From the NCBI GenBank assembly GCA_038128265.1, contig JAYPJE010000028.1, positions 1 through 53,985 on the forward strand: a DNA stretch of 53,985 bases, in the 5' to 3' direction. Every line of letters starts with the position of its first letter. Positions within the stretch are counted from its first letter, which is position 1. The position numbers and the translations under genes are program-made. Positions 16,987-27,464 of this stretch are shown one piece after another. The notes beneath the pieces were generated by a model. The model was not told the DNA's origin. It worked only from the letters and a program-made list of their open reading frames with translations, and made no database searches. This stretch comes from Gemmatimonadota bacterium (GTDB lineage: Bacteria; Latescibacterota; UBA2968; UBA8231).

Positions 16987-18273
16987 TCAGACCTCAGCCA
17001 GCTCTTTTATAGCTGCAACAAACGCATCCAATTCATTCAGCGTAGTGTAGATGTTTGGGGAAATCCGCACCGCGCCGGGATATCCCGGCGCTACGGTGAA
17101 AATCTTGTAGCGGTCGTATAGTGCATTCGCTATGTCTCCCGGCTCCCACCCTTCGATGCCGATGGTAGAAATTGCGCACGAGCGATGGGGTTCGTTTGGC
17201 GTATAGAAAACGACGTCGGGCACACCGACCAAGCGATCATGCCAGTATTGCTTGACATATCGCAGGCGCGCCTCCTTGCGCTCAAGGCCGATCATCTGAT
17301 TGAAACGAATAGCCTCGACTACCGCCAGCTGCAAGTAGGGAGGGAACGTCCCAATGTGGTTAAACTTGAGTATATCGTCTGAGGCATGACGACCGTCTCC
17401 AAATAGAGGCCAGACATCAGCTATCTTCTCTTTCCTGATGTGGAGCAGCCCCGTTCCCAATGGTGCCATCATCCACTTGTGCAAACTCGCGGCATAATAG
17501 TCACCCCCTAGATCGGTTACCTTCTCAGCTAAGTGGGCAAATCCATGCGCTCCATCGATGATTACCTCAACACCTCGCTCATGTGCCATCGCACATATTT
17601 CCTTCACCGGCAGAATCTGACCAGTCAAGTACACGACGTGCGAAACCAGAATCACTTTGCTGCGCGGGGTAATGGCCTGTTCATATGCCCTGACAATTGC
17701 TTCGTCACTCATCGAAGCGATTGGTATATCGAGCTCTCTATTGACTATGCCTTCCCGGGCTGCGCGTTGCTTAAACGCATCCTTCATGCTTCCATACTCG
17801 TACGGACCGAAAATCGCCTCGTCCCCCGCGGTCAAAGGCATGCCCATTATAACGATGTTCAGCGACTCGGTCGTGTTGCGCGTCAGCAAAACTTCGTCAC
17901 GCGAACAGCCGACGAAATCAGCCAGCAGTTCGCGGACAAGCACCGTGTCCTCCGCCAGCTTTCGGCGCATGTAAAACGAAGACAACTCATTGATGGATCG
18001 AGCGTTTTTGCAGACCTCGTCTATTCCAGACTCTGGCTGTGGGCTAAACCAACCGTTCTCAAAATTGATGAACTGAGGCGACAGGTTGAACGCTCCACGC
18101 ACGCTGTACCAGAACGCTTCGTCAGCGGCAACCTCAGCTGACGACTTTTCTCCCAGGCTTTGGGTAGCTGCACGCACGGCAGCCATACTATCAGAAGCCA
18201 AAACAGACAGAGTCGCAGCTCCAATGGCAAGATCCGCCGTTTTCTTTATGAATTGCCTTCTCGTTGCAGTCAT
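16987..18273 (-). CDS. Class V PLP-dependent aminotransferase-fold enzyme (isopenicillin-N-epimerase/PvdN-like) with Tat signal
   Basis: TRRQFIK twin-arginine signal. NTTESLN, DGAHG and SLHKW (PLP lysine) motifs. Confidence 0.88.
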   Translation of the reverse strand: MTATRRQFIKKTADLAIGAATLSVLASDSMAAVRAATQSLGEKSSAEVAADEAFWYSVRGAFNLSPQFINFENGWFSPQPESGIDEVCKNARSINELSSFYMRRKLAEDTVLVRELLADFVGCSRDEVLLTRNTTESLNIVIMGMPLTAGDEAIFGPYEYGSMKDAFKQRAAREGIVNRELDIPIASMSDEAIVRAYEQAITPRSKVILVSHVVYLTGQILPVKEICAMAHERGVEVIIDGAHGFAHLAEKVTDLGGDYYAASLHKWMMAPLGTGLLHIRKEKIADVWPLFGDGRHASDDILKFNHIGTFPPYLQLAVVEAIRFNQMIGLERKEARLRYVKQYWHDRLVGVPDVVFYTPNEPHRSCAISTIGIEGWEPGDIANALYDRYKIFTVAPGYPGAVRISPNIYTTLNELDAFVAAIKELAEV

Positions 18274-18394
18274 TGTTTCTCCACGACATTGCTTTGCGGA
18301 AACGTTTCACAGTCCATGCTGCTTGGAAATGGGGAGCGCCATTGTGCCGACGACATTTTGGTGCAGTAGTGATTTTACGAGGGATAAGACAGTC

Positions 18395-19096
18395 TTACTC
18401 GGCAGGGTTCCCAACGTCGACATCACCCATTCTGATAGCCAATATGTGAAACTGCATGGATTCCTCGCAGTGCGTGCGCATTATCCGCGCAGCCAACTCT
18501 GGATCGCGAGACTGGATCGCTTCGGCCAAGATTATATGGCGCGGACCGGCCAAATAGTCCTTGCCTTCAAACTCAACACCACGGTCAATCATGTCCTGAA
18601 TGCGCACCCGGCTCGCCCGCACTAACTCGGGCACAAAGCGATTCTGATAGAGCGCGTTGTAGAGGCTAGGAATACCGGAATGCTGAGCAATAAGCAGATG
18701 AAAACGACAGTCTATATCGACACTAGACGAGGCCGGATGTGCCACTTTATCTAATTCGCTGGCCAGACCTAAAATTTCTTGATGCTGAATATCCAACGCA
18801 TACAGAGCGCAATGGCGGGCTGCCTCACATTCTATAGCCGTGCGCAAAATGTGTTGGCTGCGAACGGTATTGGGATCTAGCTTGATCACCCTTGCGCCCC
18901 AACGCGGCTCCATTTCAATGAGTCCCTCATGGGCCAGTTCGCGCAGCGCTTCGCCGACCGGCGCTAAGCTCATATCTAACGAGCGCGCCAGTGAGCGCAA
19001 AACCAGACGCTCACCAGGTGCAAATTGCCCCTCTAATATGCCAGTCCTTATGTCTCTGTGGGCCCTTTGCGCCAACGTTTCTCTATCGTTCATCAT
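18395..19096 (-). CDS. GntR family (FadR/FCD) transcriptional regulator
   Basis: N-terminal winged HTH (PGERL...APVGEALRELAHEGLI). FCD motifs FHLLIA, H..LAEAI and MRTH. Confidence 0.9.
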   Translation of the reverse strand: MMNDRETLAQRAHRDIRTGILEGQFAPGERLVLRSLARSLDMSLAPVGEALRELAHEGLIEMEPRWGARVIKLDPNTVRSQHILRTAIECEAARHCALYALDIQHQEILGLASELDKVAHPASSSVDIDCRFHLLIAQHSGIPSLYNALYQNRFVPELVRASRVRIQDMIDRGVEFEGKDYLAGPRHIILAEAIQSRDPELAARIMRTHCEESMQFHILAIRMGDVDVGNPAE

Positions 19097-19198
19097 TACC
19101 CGCTAAATTCGCCACGCGATTCTCACTGCGCGCGGTAAGTGCAATAACGCACGAACTATAACGTTGCTAAATGCTCGCCCAATAAAGATAAGAAAACC

Positions 19199-19211
19199 TA
19201 TTGCGTCAATA
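19199..19211. promoter_or_regulatory. Candidate GntR operator palindrome TATTG-CGT-CAATA
   Basis: Inverted repeat between the divergent gntR and ABC operon. Further CAATAA half-sites at about 19142 and 19180. Confidence 0.35.
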
Positions 19212-19269
19212 TTTTGACCCCATATGTTTGGCATTTACCCATAGCCTTACAACAAGAGTGGAGCCATAC

Positions 19270-20896
19270 ATGACACCTATTTCGCTCGTTGCACTTTTCG
19301 CAGCGACGCTTATAAGCGCCTGTGGACCGCAACCAGACGGCCACTACAAACCCGGCAACAGTAGAAAATGTACTCCGCTTGCCATCGGGCTTGGGCGGCA
19401 CTCATATGGATTGGATGAAGACCGTCTATAACCGGGCCGGCATATGCGAGATCATTCAACTGCCGCTGACCGCCTATGATAAGGAAGGCGAACTCCACGG
19501 CCTAGCCGCCGAAAGCTGGAGTGTCTCCGAAGACGGTCATACGTGGACTTTTGTCCTTCGCGAAAACCTCAAATGGAGTGACGGCGTTCCGCTAACTGCC
19601 ATGGACTACGCGTACGCTCTGCGACGGGCCGTACAGCAGGGCTATGACTTTTCCTGGTATTGGTCTTCGGCGGCAGACGTGAAAAACTGGTCCGCCGTTG
19701 AGAATGGTGATTTACCCGTAGAGCAGCTCGGAGTCGAGGCCGCAGACGCACGCACTATACGCCTGACTACCAACGAACCCAAAGCCTATATTCCAGGCGT
19801 CAGCGTATTCTGGTTCCCGGTCCCTGAGCATGTCAATAAAGAGCGCGGTGACGAGTGGGCTGCCAGCGATGCACACTACGTTTCAAGTGGTCCATTTATG
19901 CTGACAGAATGGCGACGCGGCGAGCGCATCACCATGCGTCGAAACCCCCATTACGCAGGTCCATGGGCACCGCAAGCCGACGGCATTATCGCCTATCCGC
20001 AGCTTTCGGATCCCGCCGTGGGCTTTCCCGCATACTTGGCGGATGACCTCGACGTAACTGACCTCAACGTGGGACAACTGGCCTACGCGAATTCGAGGCT
20101 GCCAGACCAATTAAAAAGCGGAACTCAGTTTGGCTTGTATTACCTGTCCTTTGATTATACCCAGTCACCCTTCGATGATAAACGCGTGCGGCGTGCATTG
20201 ATGCTGGCGGTAGACAGAGACGAACTGACGCGCACCGTGCTCAAAAACGTCGCCGTTCCAAGCCGCACCCTACTGACCCCCGGCTTTCCAGGGCATAATC
20301 CCAAGTTGGCCGACCTCACTCGCTTCAATCCCGAAGGAGCCCGAAGAGCCCTTGCCGAAGCCGGCTACGCCAACGGTGAGGGATTCCCCGACGTCTCGCT
20401 GTGGTGGCGAATAGAAGGCGGAACGGCTCCCGTGGCCGGACCCATGGCCCAGTACTTGCAGGCACAGTTTAAAGAAGTCCTCAACATCGACATCGGCATT
20501 GACGGCAAAGAGCTGAAGACCTGGATGGATGCGCTCGCCAAATCGGAGCACAACTTTTTCCAAGCGCCGTATATGAGGGACTATCTCGACCCATCCAATT
20601 TCTTCAGCATTTTTTCCAACGGCGGCCGCCATAATTGGCGAAATGACAAATACACGGCACTGGTTGAAAAGGCCAATACAACGATGGACTGGGACCAGCG
20701 TGCCGACCTTTACGAGCAGGCTCAGCGCATCTTGATTGACGAGGCCGCATTTCCCTATTTGGTGCATCCTCAATCCAACAAACTGGTCAAACCACACATC
20801 GTCGGAGCAGGCACCGAAGCAAACGCAAATGGCAGCCATTTTAGCGCCGATCCGCTCTACCACCTAACCCACATGCACGTAGCCGGAGCGCGGTAG
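19270..20896 (+). CDS. oppA: Opp/Dpp family ABC substrate-binding lipoprotein, frameshifted just after the lipobox
   Basis: ATG 19270 with GTGGAG RBS encodes MTPISLVALFAATLISAC, but that frame stops at 19431. The SBP family 5 body (LAAESWSVSEDGHTWTFVLRENLKWSDG, SGPFML, PFDDKRVRRAL) is in the +1 frame, 19322-20896. Confidence 0.85.
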
Positions 20897-20898
20897 CT

Positions 20899-21879
20899 AT
20901 GTCGCCTACCCCACTTCTCGACGTACAAAATCTACGCGTCGATTTTTTGCAGCGCAGCGGGACTGTCCAAGTCGTGCGTGGGGTATCATTCGACGTAAGC
21001 CGCAGCGGCGAGAGCGTCGGCATTGTAGGCGAATCCGGCTCTGGGAAGAGCGTCTCGTCACTGGCCATCATGCAGTTAATCAAGGAGCCACCTGGGCGGG
21101 TCAGCGCCGAGCGCTTGAGCTTCGATGGGCGCGACTTACGCTCTCTTTCAGAACGGGAAAAGCGCGCCTACCGCGGCCGCGATATTGCCATGGTTTTTCA
21201 GGAACCCATGACGGCGCTCGACCCGGTGTTCAAAATTGGCTATCAGTTGGAAGAAGGCATCATACTGCACCAGAGCGTGGGCAAGCGCGAAGCGCGCGAG
21301 ATCGCCACAAACGCGTTGGACCAGGTAAAAATACCCAATCCCCAGCGCATACTCGACCACTACCCAGATCAGCTTTCCGGTGGCATGCGCCAGCGGGTCA
21401 TGATCGCGATGGCGCTCAGTTGCCGACCGCGCATTCTCATCGCCGACGAGCCAACCACCGCACTCGACGTCACCTTGCAGGCCCAGATTTTAGATCTTAT
21501 CAAGGAACTTCAGGCCCAACTCGGCATGGCTCTGATAATGATTACTCACGACTTAGGCGTAATTGCCGAAACGGTTGATCGCGTATTTGTGATGTACGGC
21601 GGCAAGGTCATGGAGCACGGCACCGCATGTGAGCTATTCGAAGCCGCAGCACACCCCTACACGCGTGCGTTACTGCGCAGCGTTCCCGATATAACCCGTC
21701 CGCGCGGCGAAAAACTCTTTGCCATTGAAGGCTCAGCACCAAGTCCTGCAGCACCGCTTTCTGGCTGCCCCTTTCATCCTCGCTGCGCGCAGGCCGAACC
21801 TCGCTGCAGCACGGAAATGCCCCCGCAAACGCGCCTATCGGATACGCAATACGTCTACTGTTGGCAGTCTGAATCATGA
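20899..21879 (+). CDS. oppD: Oligopeptide/dipeptide ABC transporter ATP-binding subunit
   Basis: [26 protein letters not shown] and C-terminal GCPFHPRC. Confidence 0.93.
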   Translation: MSPTPLLDVQNLRVDFLQRSGTVQVVRGVSFDVSRSGESVGIVGESGSGKSVSSLAIMQLIKEPPGRVSAERLSFDGRDLRSLSEREKRAYRGRDIAMVFQEPMTALDPVFKIGYQLEEGIILHQSVGKREAREIATNALDQVKIPNPQRILDHYPDQLSGGMRQRVMIAMALSCRPRILIADEPTTALDVTLQAQILDLIKELQAQLGMALIMITHDLGVIAETVDRVFVMYGGKVMEHGTACELFEAAAHPYTRALLRSVPDITRPRGEKLFAIEGSAPSPAAPLSGCPFHPRCAQAEPRCSTEMPPQTRLSDTQYVYCWQSES

Positions 21880-22826
21880 CGGCACCGATCGCTATTCGCA
21901 ACTTAGCGAAACACTATGAGAGCCACACGGGACCACCCTGGAAGCGACTGCGGCACGTGGTCAAAGCGGTCGACGATGTATCTTTCGAATTGGCTGAAAA
22001 CCAAGTCGTGGGATTGGTTGGCGAATCGGGCTGCGGCAAGACGACGGTGGGTAAACTCATCGTCAAGCTATTACAGCCCACCGGTGGAGATGTGCTCTTT
22101 TACGGCCAGCCCATTGACGCGATGCAACCCGGCGAGCTACTCGACTTCCGACGTCGCGTGCAGGTCATATTTCAGGATCCCTACTCATCGCTTGACCCGC
22201 GCCTTACCCTGAGCGAAATCATCATCGAAGGGTATGATATTCACGGACTTTATACGCCCATCGAACGGCGCGAACGCGCAGTGCATCTGTTGGAAACCGT
22301 CGGCCTTGACGCGAGCTATGGTCAGCGCCACCCGCACGAGTTGTCGGGTGGCCAACGCCAGCGCGTCGCCATCGCGCGCGCACTGAGCTTGGAGCCCAAA
22401 GTGCTCATAGCCGATGAACCGACCTCGGCGCTGGACGTATCGGTAAAAGCGCAGATTATCAACCTACTGGAAGAGCTAAAAGAGCAAATTGGTCTAAGCC
22501 TTCTATTTATTTCCCACGACTTGAGCGCAGTGCGTCATATCAGCGACCGAATTCTCGTCATGTACCGCGGTCAGTTGGTCGAAACCGCCACAGCGGACGA
22601 CCTCTTTACCCATCCGCTGCATCCATATACCCGCATGCTATTGGATGCTATACCGATACCCGACCCACGCAGGCAGCACAACCGCCTCACCCTGGAACAG
22701 CATCGCAAAGCTGCTGATGCAGCTCTCGGTCCCGACCTTCGACTGAAAGCAAACGATGGTGGTGAAGAAGCACTGCTGATCGAGGCTCGTCCCGATCACT
22801 TTATTCGCTGCTATCCCGTTTTATAG
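21876..22826 (+). CDS. oppF: Oligopeptide/dipeptide ABC transporter ATP-binding subunit
   Basis: GESGCGKT, FQDPYSSL, LSGGQRQR and HPYT motifs. Confidence 0.93.
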   Translation: MTAPIAIRNLAKHYESHTGPPWKRLRHVVKAVDDVSFELAENQVVGLVGESGCGKTTVGKLIVKLLQPTGGDVLFYGQPIDAMQPGELLDFRRRVQVIFQDPYSSLDPRLTLSEIIIEGYDIHGLYTPIERRERAVHLLETVGLDASYGQRHPHELSGGQRQRVAIARALSLEPKVLIADEPTSALDVSVKAQIINLLEELKEQIGLSLLFISHDLSAVRHISDRILVMYRGQLVETATADDLFTHPLHPYTRMLLDAIPIPDPRRQHNRLTLEQHRKAADAALGPDLRLKANDGGEEALLIEARPDHFIRCYPVL

Positions 22827-22833
22827 GACGCCC

Positions 22834-23766
22834 ATGACTCTGTATATCATCCGCCGCATTGGCTCGATCTTAGTGACTTTCTTTCTAGTTTCTGTGCTTC
22901 TATTCAGCCTAATGCGTGCAATGCCAGGCGGACCGTTCGACGAGGATAAGATGCCGCTCTCACCAGCAGCCCGCGCCAAGCTAAACGCGCAATATGGGCT
23001 GGATGGGCCACTGCATATGCAGTACCTGCGCTATATGTGGGGCGTCGTGCAATTGGACTTTGGCATTCCGTTCCAAAGTCCCGGAGAAACCGTCACCGAC
23101 GTGCTCGCTAGAGCATGGCCTCCCAGCCTGGTCTTAGGTGGGTTGGGCGTGCTCATAGGAACGCCTATAGGTATCTTGCTGGGGTTGGCAGCTGCCCTGC
23201 GCCGCAATTCCTTGATCGACTATAGCGCTTCGCTAGTATCGACGCTAGGCATCACCATACCCATCTACGTGGTTGCGCTGATGCTAATGCTCATCTTCGG
23301 CGTATGGCTCAACTGGCTGCCGACAAACGGATGGGGCTCTCCATCGGCGTGGATTCTACCGACGGCAGCCTATGCCATTGGCTCGATTGCTACGTTCGCT
23401 CGCTTTACTCGCTCCAGCATGCTTGACGTGCTCAACCAACCGTTTATCACCGTACTGCGCGCAAAAGGCCTATCCGAACGCCAAGTCGTTTTCCGCCACG
23501 CGCTCAAGAATGCCTCTATTCCCATCGTCACGCTCTTCTTTCCCACCTTTGTTCTCACGGCTACCGGCTCCATATTCGTCGAGAAAATGTTTCGCGTGCC
23601 CGGCCTTGGACAATATTTCGTGTCCAGCATCGAAAAGCGCGACTATCCCATGGAAATGGCGCTCATTCTCATTCTGACGCTATTGGTGGGAGTGGCATAT
23701 ACCATAACGGATATCAGCTATACGTTGCTCAACCCGCGCGTGCGAGTGCAAAACGATGAGCACTGA
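22834..23766 (+). CDS. oppB: Oligopeptide ABC transporter permease
   Basis: MPGGPF, YGLD.P...QY..Y, RAKGLSE...HALKN loop and multiple TM helices. Confidence 0.92.
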   Translation: MTLYIIRRIGSILVTFFLVSVLLFSLMRAMPGGPFDEDKMPLSPAARAKLNAQYGLDGPLHMQYLRYMWGVVQLDFGIPFQSPGETVTDVLARAWPPSLVLGGLGVLIGTPIGILLGLAAALRRNSLIDYSASLVSTLGITIPIYVVALMLMLIFGVWLNWLPTNGWGSPSAWILPTAAYAIGSIATFARFTRSSMLDVLNQPFITVLRAKGLSERQVVFRHALKNASIPIVTLFFPTFVLTATGSIFVEKMFRVPGLGQYFVSSIEKRDYPMEMALILILTLLVGVAYTITDISYTLLNPRVRVQNDEH

Positions 23767-24616
23767 GTATTCCACCCCTGCTCGACAGGCGCTGCAACGC
23801 TTTCTAGACAACCGCTCAGCCGCGCTGTCCGGCGCCGTGCTAGCAGCGCTGGTCATCATGGCCCTAGGGGCACCGCTGATAGCAAAAACAGACTACAACG
23901 ACCAAGTCTTTCTCGAACAGGCGTTTTCCTTTCCTTCCCAACAGCACTGGTTCGGAGTCGATCCACTGGGCAGGGACTTCTATTCGCGGGTGGTTTACGG
24001 CGCGCGCATATCAATTGGCGTAGGCCTGGTATCGGCTGCATTTAGCCTTGCCATCGGCCTGCCACTAGGTGCACTAGCCGGCTTTTGGGGAGGGCGCATT
24101 GACTGGATCATCATGCGGCTAGTAGAGCTGTTTAGCGTGGTCCCTCCCCTGCTGATCGCCATTGTACTGGCCTCACTGCTAGGCGGCGGCACGCTCAACG
24201 TAATTCTCATCTCTTCGGGTTTCTTGTGGGTTAGCACCTGCCGATTGGTCCGTGGCCAAATCATGGCCAATAAGAGCCGAGAATACATAGACGCTGCACG
24301 TGTTTTAGGTGCCAGCGATAGCTACCTGCTGCGTCGACACCTAATACCCAATAGCATATCGCCGATCATCGTCGGCTTTGTTTTGGCCATCCCGCAGGCG
24401 ATGATGATCGAGGCCTCGCTCAGCTTTCTGGGAGTTGGCATCAGCGCACCCGTACCCAGTTGGGGACAAATGATCAACGAGGGCTTGGAATACCTGTTCT
24501 TCTATTGGCACCTGGGCATATTTCCAACCCTTTTTTTAGCGATTACGGTATTGGCAACCACGCTATTCGGCGACGGGCTGCGCGATGCGATCGACCCGAC
24601 ACTCAAAGGCCAATGA
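23756..24616 (+). CDS. oppC: Oligopeptide ABC transporter permease
   Basis: HWFGVDPLGRD, EYIDAARVLGA, EASLSFLGVG and GDGLRDAIDP motifs. Confidence 0.92.
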   Translation: MSTEYSTPARQALQRFLDNRSAALSGAVLAALVIMALGAPLIAKTDYNDQVFLEQAFSFPSQQHWFGVDPLGRDFYSRVVYGARISIGVGLVSAAFSLAIGLPLGALAGFWGGRIDWIIMRLVELFSVVPPLLIAIVLASLLGGGTLNVILISSGFLWVSTCRLVRGQIMANKSREYIDAARVLGASDSYLLRRHLIPNSISPIIVGFVLAIPQAMMIEASLSFLGVGISAPVPSWGQMINEGLEYLFFYWHLGIFPTLFLAITVLATTLFGDGLRDAIDPTLKGQ

Positions 24617-24700
24617 CGCATTATGCGCGCTCCCTGAATCACCTTCTTTCAAGACTGCTGTAAATCGATCGGTTGTACACCCTTCCATTTCAATTGCGCG

Positions 24701-25141
24701 CTAGGGCAACTCAAATATGGCTTCGACTTCGACGGCTACGCCCGTTGGCAACTGAGCGAAACCCACCGCGCTGCGCGCGTGAAAACCGTCGCCGTCCTTG
24801 CCGAAGATCTCGTGGTAGAGATCGGAAATGCCGTTGACGACTAGGTGCTGCTCGGTAAAGTCAAGCGCCGAGTTCACCATGCCCAACAGCTTAACAACGC
24901 GCAGTCCATCCAATGTTCCCACTTCCTGATGCACGGATTGTAAAATCGAAACACCGCACTCGCGCGCAGCCGCATAGCCCTGCTCAACATCCAGGTCGGC
25001 TCCCAGTTTTCCCTTTATGACGGATACGTGACCCGACGTAAAAAGCGTGTTACCAACGCGGGCAACCATGTTTAGATAGCCCTTTTCCGCATCGTCGGTA
25101 AATTCAATGCCCAGTGCGCGGGCCTTGGCTTCAGCTCCCAT
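24701..25141 (-). CDS. RidA/YjgF/UK114 family protein
   Basis: LFTSGH, VVKLLGMVNS and HARSAVG...LP...VEVEAIFE motifs. Confidence 0.9.
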   Translation of the reverse strand: MGAEAKARALGIEFTDDAEKGYLNMVARVGNTLFTSGHVSVIKGKLGADLDVEQGYAAARECGVSILQSVHQEVGTLDGLRVVKLLGMVNSALDFTEQHLVVNGISDLYHEIFGKDGDGFHARSAVGFAQLPTGVAVEVEAIFELP

Positions 25142-25469
25142 AAATAACGCTCCCCTGTAGAGTTAAAAGTATGGTCCTAAGTATACTCACAACGGGCGAT
25201 CCGACCAATCCACCCGGCGCAGCAAACGATTGCCGACTTCTACGGACGGGCCCATAGCGAACTGACCCAGCCACGATCGCTGGCCAGGCGCAGTGCACAT
25301 CCAATTTAGCTCAAATATAGCCCCCAAACCGTTCCAAGCATTCCGGCTTCGCACCCCGTTTTGCAGCAGTGAACGGGATTTGGACGTGGAAAAACCCTAC
25401 GAAAATAGGGGTTTTTCCGTTTTTTTTGCGAAAAACCCCGAAAAAACCCTGTAAATAGCGATATCGCCC

Positions 25470-25498
25470 TTGCATTGGTAGCAATATGCGGCTAGATT
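25470..25498 (+). promoter_or_regulatory. Sigma70-type promoter for the HU-like gene
   Basis: TTGCAT-17 nt-TAGATT, preceded by A/T tracts. Confidence 0.55.
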
Positions 25499-25536
25499 TT
25501 CAGCTATCAACCACGCTTACCTGGGGAGGTAATACA

Positions 25537-25872
25537 ATGGCTAAGAAGACCACGGCTTTGAAAGAAGCCATGACCAAAACGCAGTTGCTCGCCGAGCTCG
25601 CCGAAAATACGGGTTTGGCCAAGAAGGACGTCGCCGCCGTCTTGGACGAGCTGGCCGCTCAGGTTGAGCGCCACGTCAAGAAGGGCGCCGTCGGCCAGTT
25701 CACGCTGCCGGGCCTGCTGAAAATCAAGACCGTTAAAAAGCCGGCGCGCAAGGCGCAGAAGGGCGTGCCCAATCCGTTCCGCCCGGGCGAGACCATGGAC
25801 GTCGCGGCCAAGCCGGCCAGCGTTCAGGTCAAAGCACTGGCCCTGAAAAAGCTGAAGGACATGGCCAAATAG
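25537..25872 (+). CDS. HU/IHF-family histone-like DNA-binding protein
   Basis: GGAGGT RBS then MAKK. MTKTQLLAELAE, FTLPGLLKI and NPF..GE....AAKPAS motifs. Confidence 0.9.
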   Translation: MAKKTTALKEAMTKTQLLAELAENTGLAKKDVAAVLDELAAQVERHVKKGAVGQFTLPGLLKIKTVKKPARKAQKGVPNPFRPGETMDVAAKPASVQVKALALKKLKDMAK

Positions 25873-25891
25873 GCTAGGCCCTACCGCATGG

Positions 25892-25929
25892 CAAAGCCCC
25901 CGTTGATCTCCCGATCAGCGGGGGCTTTG
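25892..25929 (+). terminator. Intrinsic terminator after the HU-like gene
   Basis: CAAAGCCCCCGTTGATC-tccc-GATCAGCGGGGGCTTTG hairpin. Confidence 0.8.
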
Positions 25930-25991
25930 TATATCGCGGCTGCACCCCGTCTCCCAATTGCTTTGCACACACTCCGATACAGCCGGAATAC

Positions 25992-26444
25992 ATGCCCAAC
26001 GACTTGACTTCGCATATTGGCGACTACGCTTCTTCAGAGTATTTCACCTTTCTACCGCCGCATCTAAAACAGTATGCCGAAGTCGTGCTGGAGCGCTTTT
26101 TCAGCACAGCTCCAGCGGACAGCTTTTCAGTCGACGGCATTGTGGATACCCTCTTACGGCACGTTGCTCCCCTCGACCTGCCCGACGCCGTGCGGCGCGA
26201 CGCACCGCAGCTGATAGAAGCCTACTTTGAGTATGTGGACGAAGCCGGCAAGCAGCCCGGGGCCGATGCATGGGCCGCTCTTATGCCGGAGGCGGGCGCC
26301 CTTTACACGGCGCGCCTGCGCGACGACGGCAGCGTCAAGGGCCAAACCGTGCGCCATGCGCTGTCCAAAGTTGGACGCAACGATCCATGCCCCTGCGGCA
26401 GCGGAAAAAAGTTCAAAAAGTGCTGTATTGAGTTGTTGAGTTAG
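25992..26444 (+). CDS. SEC-C metal-binding motif protein
   Basis: C-terminal [20 protein letters not shown] on an otherwise unrecognised helical domain. Confidence 0.85.
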   Translation: MPNDLTSHIGDYASSEYFTFLPPHLKQYAEVVLERFFSTAPADSFSVDGIVDTLLRHVAPLDLPDAVRRDAPQLIEAYFEYVDEAGKQPGADAWAALMPEAGALYTARLRDDGSVKGQTVRHALSKVGRNDPCPCGSGKKFKKCCIELLS

Positions 26445-26506
26445 ATCAGCGTTCCGCTGGTAGAACAGCAAGCGCAGACAAGAGAACGGACGAATCGAAA
26501 GCTGCG

Positions 26507-27439
26507 CTACACTTCGCTCTTTAGGGCTTCTTCGACCATTTCCAAAAGCGTGGCCATTTGCATTGGCTTTTCCAGAAAGCCTACGAAGTTATGCCCTTTG
26601 ACGTCTTCCGCTTCGACATTGCCGGACAGTGCGATGATCGGTATGTGCGGGTAGTCCTTGAGTAACTGATTGGCAAGGCCCATTCCGTCCATATTGGGCA
26701 TCATTATATCGGTCACAATGAGATCTGGACGCTCGGCGCGGATGCTGTCCAAAGCCTCTTTTCCATCGCTCGCATCGGTCACGCGATACTCGCTTAACGC
26801 ATTGGTCAGCACGCTTCGAATTCCCTCGTCGTCATCCACGACGAGAATGTGCATCGGCTCTTCGCTCGCTCTACTGCTGAGATCGTCGAATATATCTTCC
26901 GAGCTGCGCCCATCTTTCTCAGCCAGTGACACCACGGCCAGATTGAGCATTCGTCGCAGCGAGCGAACTTCCTTCTCGCCCGTTACCCGACTGACCATAT
27001 AATCGCGCGTGCGCACATTATCGCTAATGATCTTATCGGCGAGAATTTCTATGACGTTTTGGTAAACGCGCAGACGCATATCCGAGTCGTTACGCAGCAG
27101 CATTTCGAACGACGTGCGGCCGATCACGAGCACTCGACTCGGCTGGATGGACTTGACCGTAGCCGTTCGCTTGAGGCGCGTGAACATACCCATCTCACCC
27201 ACCGTAGTAATGGGACTGAGGGCAGCGATAACTGACTCATTCTCGCTCATAATGCCGAGCTCTCCGGCAATCAGCACGAACATGGAATCGCTGTCGGCAT
27301 TTTTTACGCACAGCGTCTCCCCCACCGCAAAACTCTTTGCCTCACAAATGCCGAAAACCTTTTGCACTTGGGTCGGAGACAGCCCCTTTAAGACCGGTAT
27401 TTTTTTTAACGATTGAATAAGCGCTTTCGACTTGTCCAT
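26507..27439 (-). CDS. cNMP-binding domain plus receiver domain response regulator
   Basis: Likely ATG 27439 with GAGGGG RBS. N-terminal VGEMG...RTATV (CAP-like) and C-terminal ILVVDDD...PDLIVTDIMMP...FLEKP. Confidence 0.85.
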   Translation of the reverse strand: MDKSKALIQSLKKIPVLKGLSPTQVQKVFGICEAKSFAVGETLCVKNADSDSMFVLIAGELGIMSENESVIAALSPITTVGEMGMFTRLKRTATVKSIQPSRVLVIGRTSFEMLLRNDSDMRLRVYQNVIEILADKIISDNVRTRDYMVSRVTGEKEVRSLRRMLNLAVVSLAEKDGRSSEDIFDDLSSRASEEPMHILVVDDDEGIRSVLTNALSEYRVTDASDGKEALDSIRAERPDLIVTDIMMPNMDGMGLANQLLKDYPHIPIIALSGNVEAEDVKGHNFVGFLEKPMQMATLLEMVEEALKSEV

Positions 27440-27464
27440 ACGCGACCCCCTCTTTTTAAATGCG

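Noticed and set aside
1..25400. Left half as a horizontally acquired lower-GC island
   Set aside because: It looks somewhat less GC-rich by eye, but I cannot quantify this and there are no mobility genes or boundary repeats; a sliding-window GC/tetranucleotide analysis would be needed.
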